Assembly (NCBI GenBank): GCA_963805085.1
Contig: CAWDTA010000002.1
Location: forward strand, 1,696,001-1,760,000
Direction of reading: 5' to 3'
Source of the DNA: an uncultured Veillonellaceae bacterium
Lineage (GTDB): Bacteria; Bacillota; Negativicutes; JARBTT01
DNA: 64,000 bases
The notes below the pieces were generated by a model. It was not told the DNA's origin. It saw nothing but the letters and a program-made list of their open reading frames with translations, and ran no database searches. Of this stretch, positions 30,942 to 40,353 are shown one piece after another (positions within the stretch are counted from its first letter, which is position 1; each line of letters begins with the position of its first letter). A program made the translations under genes and the position numbers.

Positions 30942-31823
30942 ATGAATAAACGAATTGAAACCAAAGTATCCATTACTGCACTAGGAACTTGTCTTATGCG
31001 AGCTACCTCTTATTATGAAAATAATCCATACTATAAAAGTGAGGATTTTATTGCCTCTATGATTATACCAGCGTATCTTCGTACAATGACAAAATATACT
31101 ATTTCGCGAAGTATTCTAAAGAAAGCTTTATTTAAAGTTCCAGGAATATATGAGTATATCATTTCACGGACTAAATTTATTGACGAAATAGTCAACAGTC
31201 TTGCTGCGAATATTGATCAAGTATTGATCTTTGGCGCTGGATTCGATTCCCGAGCTATTCGGTTTAGAAATCAGTTAAAGAACGCGAAAGTATTTGAGCT
31301 TGACGCTCCAGTAACTCAGCAGGCAAAAATTAATAGATTTACGAAAAAAAATATTAATTTTCCACCGAATTTAAAGTTCATTTCCATTGACTTTAATAAA
31401 GAAGCATTAGTAGAAAAATTAGATGAAGCCGGGTTTGAAAAAAATCGCAGATGTCTTTTCCTTTTAGAAGGGTTAACCTATTATCTTAATCAAGAAGCTA
31501 TTGATAGTACATTAAATCTTATAAGTGAGTATTCTGCGAAAGACAGTCTAATTGTTTTTGATTATGCGTCCGCCTCAGCAGTTCGGCAAGAGAAAATTCA
31601 TGGTGACACTAATATAGAAAAGCATTACAAAAAACTTGTCAAATCGGGTGAAAAGCCTAGTTATATGATTGAGGGGTCAATAGAAAAATTTTTAGAAAAA
31701 TATAAATTTGGATTAATTAAGGAAGTGGATTCGGCTCATTTAGCAGAAAAATATTTTAATAAAGAAGATTTTGAGCGAATCACCCAGAAGTTTAGGATTG
31801 TCCAGGCGATAAAGAATGTCTAA
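30942..31823 (+). CDS. SAM-dependent methyltransferase (LCM/TIGR00027-like)
   Basis: RTKFID, QVLIFGAGFDSRA.R, VFELD, LLEGLTYYL. Confidence 0.9.
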   Translation: MNKRIETKVSITALGTCLMRATSYYENNPYYKSEDFIASMIIPAYLRTMTKYTISRSILKKALFKVPGIYEYIISRTKFIDEIVNSLAANIDQVLIFGAGFDSRAIRFRNQLKNAKVFELDAPVTQQAKINRFTKKNINFPPNLKFISIDFNKEALVEKLDEAGFEKNRRCLFLLEGLTYYLNQEAIDSTLNLISEYSAKDSLIVFDYASASAVRQEKIHGDTNIEKHYKKLVKSGEKPSYMIEGSIEKFLEKYKFGLIKEVDSAHLAEKYFNKEDFERITQKFRIVQAIKNV

Positions 31824-31880
31824 CTAGTAGCGGGGAGTGACTACTTAAATTTATCTGGTGAATTTTTCTGCATTTCATAC

Positions 31881-31909
31881 TTGACATATGTTAGACGTCT
31901 AACTATAAT
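31881..31909 (+). promoter_or_regulatory. Sigma-A promoter with palindromic operator GTTAGACGTCTAAC
   Basis: TTGACA-17-TATAAT with perfect palindrome at 31890-31903; motif recurs at 32372 and 32456. Confidence 0.85.
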
Positions 31910-31915
31910 GAAAGC

Positions 31916-32341
31916 ATGAAGAAAAATGTAGTTGCTCTTGTGAGCCGAATAACAGAAAAAGCGCACAAACTTATTGTAAGAGAGCTTGAAGCGCGTGGAG
32001 TTGATGGTATCGTTCCTTCGCATGGGGGAATTTTAGGTAATCTTTTCACAGGCGAAAGATATACCATGAAAGATTTAGCTGAAAAAATCCATAGGACAAA
32101 ACCGACAGTGACTGTATTAATTGATAAGCTTGTAGGTCTAGGGTATGTTACCAAGGAAAAAAGTAGAGAGGATAGTCGTGTTACCTTTATCAGATTGACG
32201 GAAAAAGGATTGGAGTTAAAACCTATTTTTATTGAAGTTTCTGAGAGAATGAATACGATTGTGTATAAAGATTTATCCGAGGAAGAAGCGAATTACTTGG
32301 AAGCAACATTGGAAAAAATAAAGCGTAATTTAGATGAATAG
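31916..32341 (+). CDS. MarR family regulator
   Basis: LAEKIHRTKPTVTVLIDKL..LGYV..EDSRV..LTEKG. Confidence 0.93.
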   Translation: MKKNVVALVSRITEKAHKLIVRELEARGVDGIVPSHGGILGNLFTGERYTMKDLAEKIHRTKPTVTVLIDKLVGLGYVTKEKSREDSRVTFIRLTEKGLELKPIFIEVSERMNTIVYKDLSEEEANYLEATLEKIKRNLDE

Positions 32342-32604
32342 AGTTTGAGTGCGTCTTCATCTAATCATATAGTTAGACGTCTAATGAAACGTAAGAAAGT
32401 CTGTGCCAAATGAAAAATAAGTATATCTGCAATGAAAAATTTTTTTATAAAGATAGTTAGATGTCGAATATTATTAAGTATAAGTATCTGCAAATAAGGA
32501 ATGGTATTCTTTGAAAATATATTAGTATAAAAGAAAGAAATAGAACTTTAGTAGAAATAGTGTGTTAATGCACTATTCATATAAAAAAAGTGGGGGTATT
32601 TTAA

Positions 32605-33006
32605 ATGCAAGAAGTAGTAAAGTTTTTACAAGAAAACGTCACCGGTTGTTTGGCAACGACTGAGGAGGGAAAACCAAAAGTCAGACCTTTTCAATTTATG
32701 TTAGAAGACGAAGGCAAATTCTTTTTCTGCACTAGCAATGAAAAAGATGTATGCAAGCAATTAAAGGCCAATCCATATGTGGAATTTACAAGTTCTTCGC
32801 CTAAGTTTGCTTGGATTCGGCTTAGTGGTAAAGTAGAATTCAGTAATGATGTAAAGATCAAAGAAAGGGTTCTTGAAATAAGTGGTTTAGTAAAATCCAT
32901 TTATAAAACAGCAGACAATCCGATTTTTGAACTATTTTATATTGAACATGGCACTGCGATACTTGCAGATTTTTCTGGTCAGCCCGCTAGAACAGTAAAC
33001 TTTTGA
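32605..33006 (+). CDS. Pyridoxamine 5'-phosphate oxidase family (FMN-binding split barrel) protein
   Basis: LAT.EGKPKVRPF, FCTS..K.V.KQL.ANP.VE, WIRLSG. Confidence 0.88.
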   Translation: MQEVVKFLQENVTGCLATTEEGKPKVRPFQFMLEDEGKFFFCTSNEKDVCKQLKANPYVEFTSSSPKFAWIRLSGKVEFSNDVKIKERVLEISGLVKSIYKTADNPIFELFYIEHGTAILADFSGQPARTVNF

Positions 33007-33038
33007 ACGGAGAACAAATAAAAAAACTTCAATAAAAA

Positions 33039-33330
33039 ACCTGATGATTTTTATCATCAGGTCAGCTTGTAGACAAAATAAAATATTTGTGCCGATGATT
33101 TAGAAAATATCTAAATCCGTTCCACTTATAAACTAGTACGAAGATAGGCTGCCGGTCGGTGAGAAGTGCTTAGATGCAAGGCTCAGTAAGGGGATGTGAA
33201 GGAGTCGTACCTGTGTACGTCGACGAACAGCACCTTACTGCAACGCTGCAGATGAGTGCTTATCGCCAACCCGCGGCCTATCTGTCCATAGTTTGTCTAA
33301 ATGCTGACCTGATGATTTTTATCATCAGGT
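33039..33330. mobile_element. Non-autonomous MITE-like element with terminal inverted repeats and duplicated palindromic target
   Basis: 24-bp direct repeat ACCTGATGATTTTTATCATCAGGT (33039-62, 33307-30); TIRs CAGCTTGTAGACAAA / TTTGTCTAAATGCTG; no transposase. Confidence 0.7.
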
Positions 33331-33583
33331 TTTTTCTCTATAAATACGGTCAATGATATTATCTGAATTTTCTATCGTAAACAATAATAAATCTTTATTT
33401 TTTTTATTGTAATAAGTTGGCTATAATGAAAATGTAAGTTATTTATAAAATGACCTACAAATGAAATCAATAAAATTTATGTTACGATAGTATATAACTA
33501 TCATAACAAGGTTGTAATTTTTTATTTTAGTGAAGCACTGCAATTGTTCGTGATTGCGATTAATGAGAAGAAGGTGAAAAGAG

Positions 33584-33874
33584 ATGGAGTTAATCACAAA
33601 AGGAAGAGCTGGGACATTGGAATCTGGCGATATTTGTGTTGTCGTTGAAAAAACGGATGCTGCAGGGATTGTGATTGATCTTGATAGTTCCGTTGCCAGT
33701 TTATTTGGCAGAGAGATTAAAGAAGTGATTACAAAAACAGTCAGTGACCATGGTTTTAAAGATGGCGTTAAAGTTACCGCAACAGATAAAGGTGCGTTAA
33801 ATTGCACGATCGCGGCAAGAGTGACAGCAGCATTATATCGCGCTGCTGAAAGCACAGAATTTAGTTGGAAGTAG
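33584..33874 (+). CDS. citD: Citrate lyase acyl carrier protein (gamma)
   Basis: AGTLESGD (Ser14), DKGAL.CTI.AR. Confidence 0.95.
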   Translation: MELITKGRAGTLESGDICVVVEKTDAAGIVIDLDSSVASLFGREIKEVITKTVSDHGFKDGVKVTATDKGALNCTIAARVTAALYRAAESTEFSWK

Positions 33875-33905
33875 AAGGCAAACAAAGAAAGGGCTGAGAG
33901 AAAAG

Positions 33906-34808
33906 ATGGCTATTAAACAGAGATTGCGTAGAACCATGATGTTTATCCCTGGAAACAATCCTGGTATGATGCGCGATGCACATATATACGGTTCGGACTC
34001 GATTATGTTCGACCTTGAAGACGCTGTATCGATGGCAGAAAAAGATGCGGCTCGCCTGCTTGTATTTAATGCAATAAAAACAATTGATTATGGAGATACA
34101 GAAGTTGTTGTTCGTATCAATCCACTTAACACACCTTACGGCAAAGCTGATATTGAAGCAATGGTTGTCGCTGGAGCACATGTACTTCGTATGCCAAAAA
34201 CCGAAACAGCAGAAGATATTACCGAATGCGAAGAATATATTGCTGAAATGGAAAAGAAACATGGCATTCCAGTAGGCAAAACACTCATGATGGCAGCAAT
34301 TGAAGGTGCGCTTGGCGTACTCAATGCCTATAAGATTGCTACTTCTTCTGATCGTTTGATTGGTATTGCAATCGGCGCAGAAGATTACTGTGCAAACATG
34401 AAAGCAAATAGAACAAAATCAGGGATTGAGCTTCAGTTAGCACGGGAAACAATTGTAGTTGCCGCACGGGCAGCTGGAATCGATGCACTTGATACAGTGT
34501 TCTCCGATGTGAACGATGAAGAACAACTGATCTATGAAGCTACCTTAGTAAAAGAAATGGGCTTTGATGGCAAATCCGTTATCAATCCTCGTCAGATTGG
34601 TCCAGTACATAAAGTATTTGCACCAACTGAAAAAGAAATTGAAAAGGCAAAACGTATCATTGCCGCAATTAAAGAAGCTGAAGCAAAAGGTTCTGGCGTT
34701 ATCAGCTTGAATGGTAAAATGGTCGACAGACCGGTTGTAATTCGTGCCGAACGTACGATTGAACTTGCAATCGCATCTGGCGTGCTATTACCAGAGGAGG
34801 TAGAGTAA
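33906..34808 (+). CDS. citE: Citrate lyase beta subunit
   Basis: RRTMMFIPGNN, FDLEDAV, GAEDY, GFDGKSVINPRQI. Confidence 0.96.
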   Translation: MAIKQRLRRTMMFIPGNNPGMMRDAHIYGSDSIMFDLEDAVSMAEKDAARLLVFNAIKTIDYGDTEVVVRINPLNTPYGKADIEAMVVAGAHVLRMPKTETAEDITECEEYIAEMEKKHGIPVGKTLMMAAIEGALGVLNAYKIATSSDRLIGIAIGAEDYCANMKANRTKSGIELQLARETIVVAARAAGIDALDTVFSDVNDEEQLIYEATLVKEMGFDGKSVINPRQIGPVHKVFAPTEKEIEKAKRIIAAIKEAEAKGSGVISLNGKMVDRPVVIRAERTIELAIASGVLLPEEVE

Positions 34809-36346
34809 TGAAAAATGCAATCAATCATGAAGTTTCAGCGCAGCTTCTTAAACATTTAGGTTTAGAATTTTACAGTGATAATGGCAAAGGAAAAGATTGC
34901 TCTACATTAAATGAACGTCTTGTAAAGAATGGCAAATTGGTAGATTCTTTAGAAGAAGCGATTAAAAAATCCGGTTTAAAAGATGGCATGACGATTTCTT
35001 TCCATCATCATTTTCGTAATGGTGATTATATTTTAAATATGGTTCTAGATAAATTAGCTAAGATGGGGTTCAAGAATTTAACCGTTGCATCCTCTAGTCT
35101 TTCAACAGCACATGCACCACTCATCGAACATATCAAAAGTGGTGTTGTGACAAAAATCGAAAGCTCTGGGATGCGTGATGATTTAGCAGATGCGATTTCA
35201 CATGGTTTGATGAAAGAACCTGTTATCTTCCGTAGTCATGGTGGACGTGCTTCGGCGATTGCCAATGGTAGTTTGCACATTGACGTGGCATTTCTTGGGG
35301 CACCATCCTCCGATGTTGTAGGGAATGCCAGCGGTGTTTATACTAACCCAGAAGGTAAATCCATCTGTGGTTCTCTCGGTTATGCAAAAGTGGATGCACG
35401 TTATGCAGCTACGACGATTATTCTTACGGATAATATTGTTGCATTTCCGAACGCTCCAGCATCGATTCCAGCAACTGACGTTGATTATGTGGTAAAAGTA
35501 GAGGCACTTGGTGATTCTAGTAAGATTTCTTCTGGTGCTACACGCTTTACCAAAAATCCTCGTGACTTACTGATTGCAGAAGCAGCTGCAAAAGTAATCC
35601 AAGAATCTGGTTACTTTACCGATGGCTTCTCCATTCAAACAGGTTCCGGCGGAGCGGCGCTTGCTGTGACTCGTTTTATCAGCGAAGAAATGGTAAAACG
35701 CAATATCAAAGCTCGGTTTGCGCTTGGTGGTATCACAGGACAAATCGTAAAATTATATGAAGAAGGCTTAATCGGAAAAATTCTTGATGTACAAGGATTT
35801 GATACGATTGCTGCCGAATCTCTAATCAATAATGCAGATCACATTGAAGTAGATGGCAACCAATATGCAAGCCCATTCAATGAAGGCTCCGCAATTCATC
35901 AACTTGATGTTGTTATCCTATCGGCATTAGAAGTTGACGTAAACTTCAATGTTAACGTATTGACTGGTTCTGACGGAGTAATCCGTGGTGCGATCGGTGG
36001 TCATCCAGATACAGCAAGCAAAGCAGCGCTTACCGTGCTTGTATCACCATTGATTCGTGGACGTATTCCTTGTATCTTAGATAAAGTAAATACACTTGTT
36101 ACACCTGGTTCTGTTTGTGACGTGCTCGTTACAGACCAAGGGGTTGCTGTAAATCCTAACCGCCCAGAAGTAAAAGAAAGACTCTTAAAAGCTGGCTTGA
36201 AAGTGACCACAATTGAAGCCTTGAAAGAAAGTGCTGAAAAAGTAGTTGGCATACCTGATCCATTGCAATTTATGGATAAAGTGGTTGCCGTGGTTACGCA
36301 TCCAGATGGTAGAGTATTAGACGTGATTCATGAGGTTAAAGCGTAA
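34808..36346 (+). CDS. citF: Citrate lyase alpha subunit / citrate-ACP transferase
   Basis: GMTISFHHHFRNGD, RSHGGR, QTGSGGA, GGHPDTA. Confidence 0.97.
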   Translation: MKNAINHEVSAQLLKHLGLEFYSDNGKGKDCSTLNERLVKNGKLVDSLEEAIKKSGLKDGMTISFHHHFRNGDYILNMVLDKLAKMGFKNLTVASSSLSTAHAPLIEHIKSGVVTKIESSGMRDDLADAISHGLMKEPVIFRSHGGRASAIANGSLHIDVAFLGAPSSDVVGNASGVYTNPEGKSICGSLGYAKVDARYAATTIILTDNIVAFPNAPASIPATDVDYVVKVEALGDSSKISSGATRFTKNPRDLLIAEAAAKVIQESGYFTDGFSIQTGSGGAALAVTRFISEEMVKRNIKARFALGGITGQIVKLYEEGLIGKILDVQGFDTIAAESLINNADHIEVDGNQYASPFNEGSAIHQLDVVILSALEVDVNFNVNVLTGSDGVIRGAIGGHPDTASKAALTVLVSPLIRGRIPCILDKVNTLVTPGSVCDVLVTDQGVAVNPNRPEVKERLLKAGLKVTTIEALKESAEKVVGIPDPLQFMDKVVAVVTHPDGRVLDVIHEVKA

Positions 36347-36347
36347 C

Positions 36348-36881
36348 ATGTCTCACGCACTATTCGAAGGAATTTCCATAACGTTAGAAGAAGTTTTAAC
36401 AAATAAAGAAGCCCGCGCTGCCTTGCAACGCGAGCTTCTTGCTCAATATAAGAATCCAATCATTTCTTTTACTATCAATATGCCAGGTAGTGTAAAATTA
36501 AACAATGCAAGTCGTCTGTTATACAAGGAAGGCATAGACCGGTTAAAAGATGCGCTGGAACGTGCGTATATTTTAGTTAATGATATTCGGTATGTAGAAA
36601 GTTTTACTGGACTAGAAGCGCTTTTTTCGGTTCGCAGTGATGCGCGGACGTTAAAAAAAATTGCTTGCGGTATTGAAGATCAAGATGCAGTCGGTAGATT
36701 GTTTGATATGGATGTACTCGATGTGGATGGCGTTCCGATCAGTCGCAGTGTACTTGATTTTCCGAAACGAAAGTGCTTAATTTGCCAGCAAGATGCGGTG
36801 ATTTGTGCGCGGTCGCAGCAGCATTCGCCAGAAGAATTATTGAAACAGATTGAAAAAGCTGTTGTAGAAATACAAAAGTAA
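36348..36881 (+). CDS. citX: Apo-citrate lyase phosphoribosyl-dephospho-CoA transferase
   Basis: INMPGSVK, GRLFDMDV, SR...RKCLIC..A..CARS..H. Confidence 0.92.
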   Translation: MSHALFEGISITLEEVLTNKEARAALQRELLAQYKNPIISFTINMPGSVKLNNASRLLYKEGIDRLKDALERAYILVNDIRYVESFTGLEALFSVRSDARTLKKIACGIEDQDAVGRLFDMDVLDVDGVPISRSVLDFPKRKCLICQQDAVICARSQQHSPEELLKQIEKAVVEIQK

Positions 36882-36913
36882 GATCATAAGAGAATGAGCA
36901 AAGGAGAATAGCG

Positions 36914-37954
36914 ATGGAATCTTTTACAGAAGAAACATTTGAATTGCAAGAGTTGCCACAATCATTAAAGAGCAGTCGTAAGCTTGTAGCAGATTTTTTG
37001 GCGAAATTCGATTTAGCCTATGATACCTTAGACTCTTATGTTGGATTATTCGCTGGGGATAAGCTCGTGGCCGGTGCTGGTTATCAAGGGGCAACGATCA
37101 AATGTGTCGCTGTAGATCCTAGCTATCAACAATGCGGTTTATCAAATAAAGTCATTTCGCATTTATGTAGTGAACTATGGACACAAGGGGTATCCAATAT
37201 CTTCGTATTTACCAAACCGAAGAATAGCAACCAATTTACTGGTGCAGGTTTTCATCTCATCGCCAGTTCACCAGCAGCCATTTTGCTAGAGAGTAGTAAG
37301 AACGGCATTACTGACTATGCCAAATCCTTAGAACGTTATCGCCAAACAGGGGTGCAAGGTGCGATTGTGATGAATGGCAATCCATTTACCCTAGGACATC
37401 GATATTTGGTAGAGTGGGCGGCGCGGCAGTGTGATCATCTGCATATCTTTGTGGTGGAAGAGGATAAGTCTAGTTTCCCATTTCATGTGCGAAAAAGGCT
37501 AATCGAAGAAGGGACCAAAGACCTCAAAAATGTGACGGTTCATAGTGGTGGAGAGTATATCATATCGTCAGCGACCTTTCCTTCCTACTTTATCAAGGAA
37601 TTATCCGAGATTGCCAAAACCTATGCCGAGCTTGACCTCAATATTTTTGCCAAGCATATTGCGCCAGCACTTTCGATTACAAAACGTTTCGTCGGTAGTG
37701 AGCCAACCGATCCATTGACCTGCGCTTATAATGAAATCATGCAGATAGAATTGCCACAGTTTGGTGTTGAACCGATAATTCTCGAACGCAAAGAAAAAGA
37801 AGGGCAACCAATATCGGCCTCAAGGGTACGCAAACTCCTTGGACAAAATGATATTACTGGTGCAAGTAAGCTTGTGCCAAGGGCTACTGCAACGTATTTT
37901 TTAACAACAGAAGGTCAGCAGATTATCGAAAAGTTACAACATGCGGTCGGTTGA
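36914..37954 (+). CDS. citC: [Citrate (pro-3S)-lyase] ligase
   Basis: IVMNGNPFTLGH.YL, ISSATFPSYF, RFVGSEP, ISASRVR. Confidence 0.96.
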   Translation: MESFTEETFELQELPQSLKSSRKLVADFLAKFDLAYDTLDSYVGLFAGDKLVAGAGYQGATIKCVAVDPSYQQCGLSNKVISHLCSELWTQGVSNIFVFTKPKNSNQFTGAGFHLIASSPAAILLESSKNGITDYAKSLERYRQTGVQGAIVMNGNPFTLGHRYLVEWAARQCDHLHIFVVEEDKSSFPFHVRKRLIEEGTKDLKNVTVHSGGEYIISSATFPSYFIKELSEIAKTYAELDLNIFAKHIAPALSITKRFVGSEPTDPLTCAYNEIMQIELPQFGVEPIILERKEKEGQPISASRVRKLLGQNDITGASKLVPRATATYFLTTEGQQIIEKLQHAVG

Positions 37955-38840
37955 GAGGAGCAGTTTGATGAGTTTATCACCACAGGAGATTGGCCGTTTT
38001 GGAGTGCAGTCCCTTTTATATGAAGTAGCCGTTACGCCCAAACCAGGCTTGGTTGATCGCCATAGTGCCGGTGCCCATAAGGATATGGATTGCTTTACTT
38101 TTTTAGCGAGTACGGCAGCTTTAGCACCTTATTTTACGCAGTTTGCCCAAAAAGGAGCAGAGTGTGCCAAGGAAGAACCAAAAGCTTTGTTTCGGGCGAT
38201 TCGCCCAATTGGTATTGCGGCGGAACGTTGTATGTTTGCCGCGACAACTGGTGTCAATACCCATAAAGGGGCGATTTTTTCTCTTGGGTTAGTTTGCAGC
38301 GCTGCGGGCTGTCTTGTGGCAAACGGGACAGAACTTACGCCAGAAAATGTTGCAGGATATGTGGGTAATATGATAGCGGGGATTTGTGCAGAGGAATATC
38401 ACGGGATCGAAGCAAAGCAAAATCTGACCAAGGGCGAACAAATCTATCTGCGTTATGGCTTAACAGGCGTGCGCGGTGAAGCGGAACAAGGTTTTCCGAG
38501 TGTACTAAGATATTCATATCCGGTACTGGAAGATTGCTTGCTATGCGGTAGATCGATCAATGAAAGCATGTTGCAGGCGTATCTGCAGTTAGCTGGAAAT
38601 GTAGATGATACCAACGTTTTAGGACGTCACGATATGGAAGTTTCTACGTATGTAAAAGCAGAAACGCAAAAAATTTTACACGTTGGCGGTGCGTTAGAGC
38701 CAGAAAATATAGCTTTGCTAGAAGCGATGGATGATGATTTTATCACGAAGAATATCAGCCCGGGCGGTTGTGCTGATTTATTGGCATTAACGATGCTTTT
38801 ATTTTCACTAGCAAATCCTACATGGAAATATAAAGTGTAG
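37941..38840 (+). CDS. citG: Triphosphoribosyl-dephospho-CoA synthase, copy 1
   Basis: EV..TPKPGLVD, GVNTHKGAIF, G.RGEA, SPGGCADLLA. Confidence 0.96.
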   Translation: MRSVERSSLMSLSPQEIGRFGVQSLLYEVAVTPKPGLVDRHSAGAHKDMDCFTFLASTAALAPYFTQFAQKGAECAKEEPKALFRAIRPIGIAAERCMFAATTGVNTHKGAIFSLGLVCSAAGCLVANGTELTPENVAGYVGNMIAGICAEEYHGIEAKQNLTKGEQIYLRYGLTGVRGEAEQGFPSVLRYSYPVLEDCLLCGRSINESMLQAYLQLAGNVDDTNVLGRHDMEVSTYVKAETQKILHVGGALEPENIALLEAMDDDFITKNISPGGCADLLALTMLLFSLANPTWKYKV

Positions 38841-39010
38841 AAAATGTACCTTGCTCTACTTGTCTGATCTTGTATCAACATAAACTGACCTAGATCAGAC
38901 TTGGTGGACACTTAGAACAGCTGATAAAATAATTGCAACAAGGGACAAAATGAATATTTTAGATGAAATAAAAAAGCTTCCGAAATATCGGAAGCTTTGA
39001 ATTATCTATA

Positions 39011-39052
39011 GAGCTGATAATAGGATTCGAATCTCGACCTGCTCATTACGAA
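39011..39052 (-). tRNA. Degenerate 3' tRNA fragment, probably Thr(CGT) (att-site remnant)
   Basis: Minus strand: TTCGTAATGAGCAGGTCGAGATTCGAATCCTATTATCAGCTC, with anticodon loop CGT and TTCGAATC T-loop; stems eroded. Confidence 0.6.
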
Positions 39053-39540
39053 CAGTACACATAATACTGGTCTAAATGAAGCCTACAGTCGAGTGTTCAA
39101 GAAGAACGGCGCGGCGGGGGCAGATGACATCCTCAAGCCTTTTGTTTATAAAACAGAATCTACTACTTTATCTATACTTTTAAGTATATGATTATCTGGT
39201 GTTTTATCATATATAATGGAATATAAACTTAGTTGTTTTGATTTAGGTCTAAGCATGCCAAAAACCCACTTTTTTGATGCATCTCATGCCTTTGTTATGG
39301 ACGAAATATGTGTTATTTTGCCATAATTTTACTTATTGAGTGTTTTTAACCTGTCCACTTGTCCTATTACATTTTAGGTAGTGTATAAGAATTTAATGTC
39401 AATGTTTATAAAAAGATTTACATATATGGTTTTTTATTGTAAGATAAGAGCAAATAAATAACAAATAAGGCGTCAAATAACAAAATGAAATTTAGAACAA
39501 TTTAGTAAGTTTTAGATCAGAATTACTAAGAGGTGGAGAC

Positions 39541-39690
39541 ATGATAGTTAAAAAAATTATAGAGGCTTTAGAACTTCAGAAAGAAAAACTCAACAATTTT
39601 CATTATGGACAGATTATCATGAGTATTCAAGATGGCGAAGTTAATCGGATAGATTATCATGAAAGCTATTTGATTAAACATAAAAAATAG
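39541..39690 (+). CDS. Small DUF2292/YezD-like protein (49 aa)
   Basis: GAGGTGG RBS; MIVKKIIEALELQKEKLNNFHYGQIIMSIQDGEVNRIDYHESYLIKHKK matches the YG.I.I.IQDG.V..I pattern. Confidence 0.65.
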   Translation: MIVKKIIEALELQKEKLNNFHYGQIIMSIQDGEVNRIDYHESYLIKHKK

Positions 39691-39717
39691 ATTAGTAGGC
39701 TGACTAGAATAACTGGA

Positions 39718-39755
39718 AGCCGATACTGTCATTTAATGATAGTGTCGGCTTTTTA
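39718..39755 (+). terminator. Intrinsic terminator upstream of the accessory cluster
   Basis: AGCCGATACTGTCAT-TTA-ATGATAGTGTCGGCT-TTTT. Confidence 0.8.
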
Positions 39756-40033
39756 TTTACTCAAGGATGATGACGCCAATTTTAAATTGGGACATGCGCT
39801 AGTCTATTATTAGGTTACAATTTTAGAGCAATGATTTCTTGGTAAAGTATCAAAACCAAATTTTTAAATGAATGCCTATAGTTTATAGCCTATTGTATTG
39901 ATATTTATTTAAGGATAACAACGCTCGATATTGGGATGATTGTGATGGCATATGGTACAAAATTCTAAAATAGAAGGTGGGATTTTTCAAACGAAATTGT
40001 CTAGAACAATTAAAAAAATGGGGAGATGAAAAA

Positions 40034-40321
40034 ATGCAAGAAAAATACGAAGTAATTGAAAAAGTAGGATCTGACATGTCTTATGATTTAGTCGTTGAGG
40101 TAATAAATAAAGTAGAAAAAAAAGTTAAGATAGAATGTTATCAACCGCAATTAAAAAATCAAGTAGATGAGTTTTATAATTCAATAAAAGACGAGGTATA
40201 TAAAATACTAAATGGATTTGAGTATTCTATAAATATAATAATATCAAATAAAGTTCCGGATAAATTTGTATGGTTAGGGAGGATAGAAGGAGCGGTACAA
40301 AAAGTAAAAGAAATGTCCTAA
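40034..40321 (+). CDS. Divergent CitD-like acyl carrier protein
   Basis: VGSDMSYDLVVEV aligns with CitD AGTLESGDICVVV (Ser kept); NKVPDKFVWLGRIEGAV aligns with DKGALNCTIAARVTAAL; 95 aa; upstream of citE-like gene. Confidence 0.65.
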   Translation: MQEKYEVIEKVGSDMSYDLVVEVINKVEKKVKIECYQPQLKNQVDEFYNSIKDEVYKILNGFEYSINIIISNKVPDKFVWLGRIEGAVQKVKEMS

Positions 40322-40353
40322 GGCAAAAATGCAAATGGAGGTATTGAATAATA

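Noticed and set aside
33174-33356. 60-aa ORF
   Set aside because: Lies inside the MITE-like element; no RBS or recognisable protein features
39977-40033. GTG start for the CitD-like ORF
   Set aside because: ATG 40034 has a GGGAG RBS and gives a CitD-sized protein
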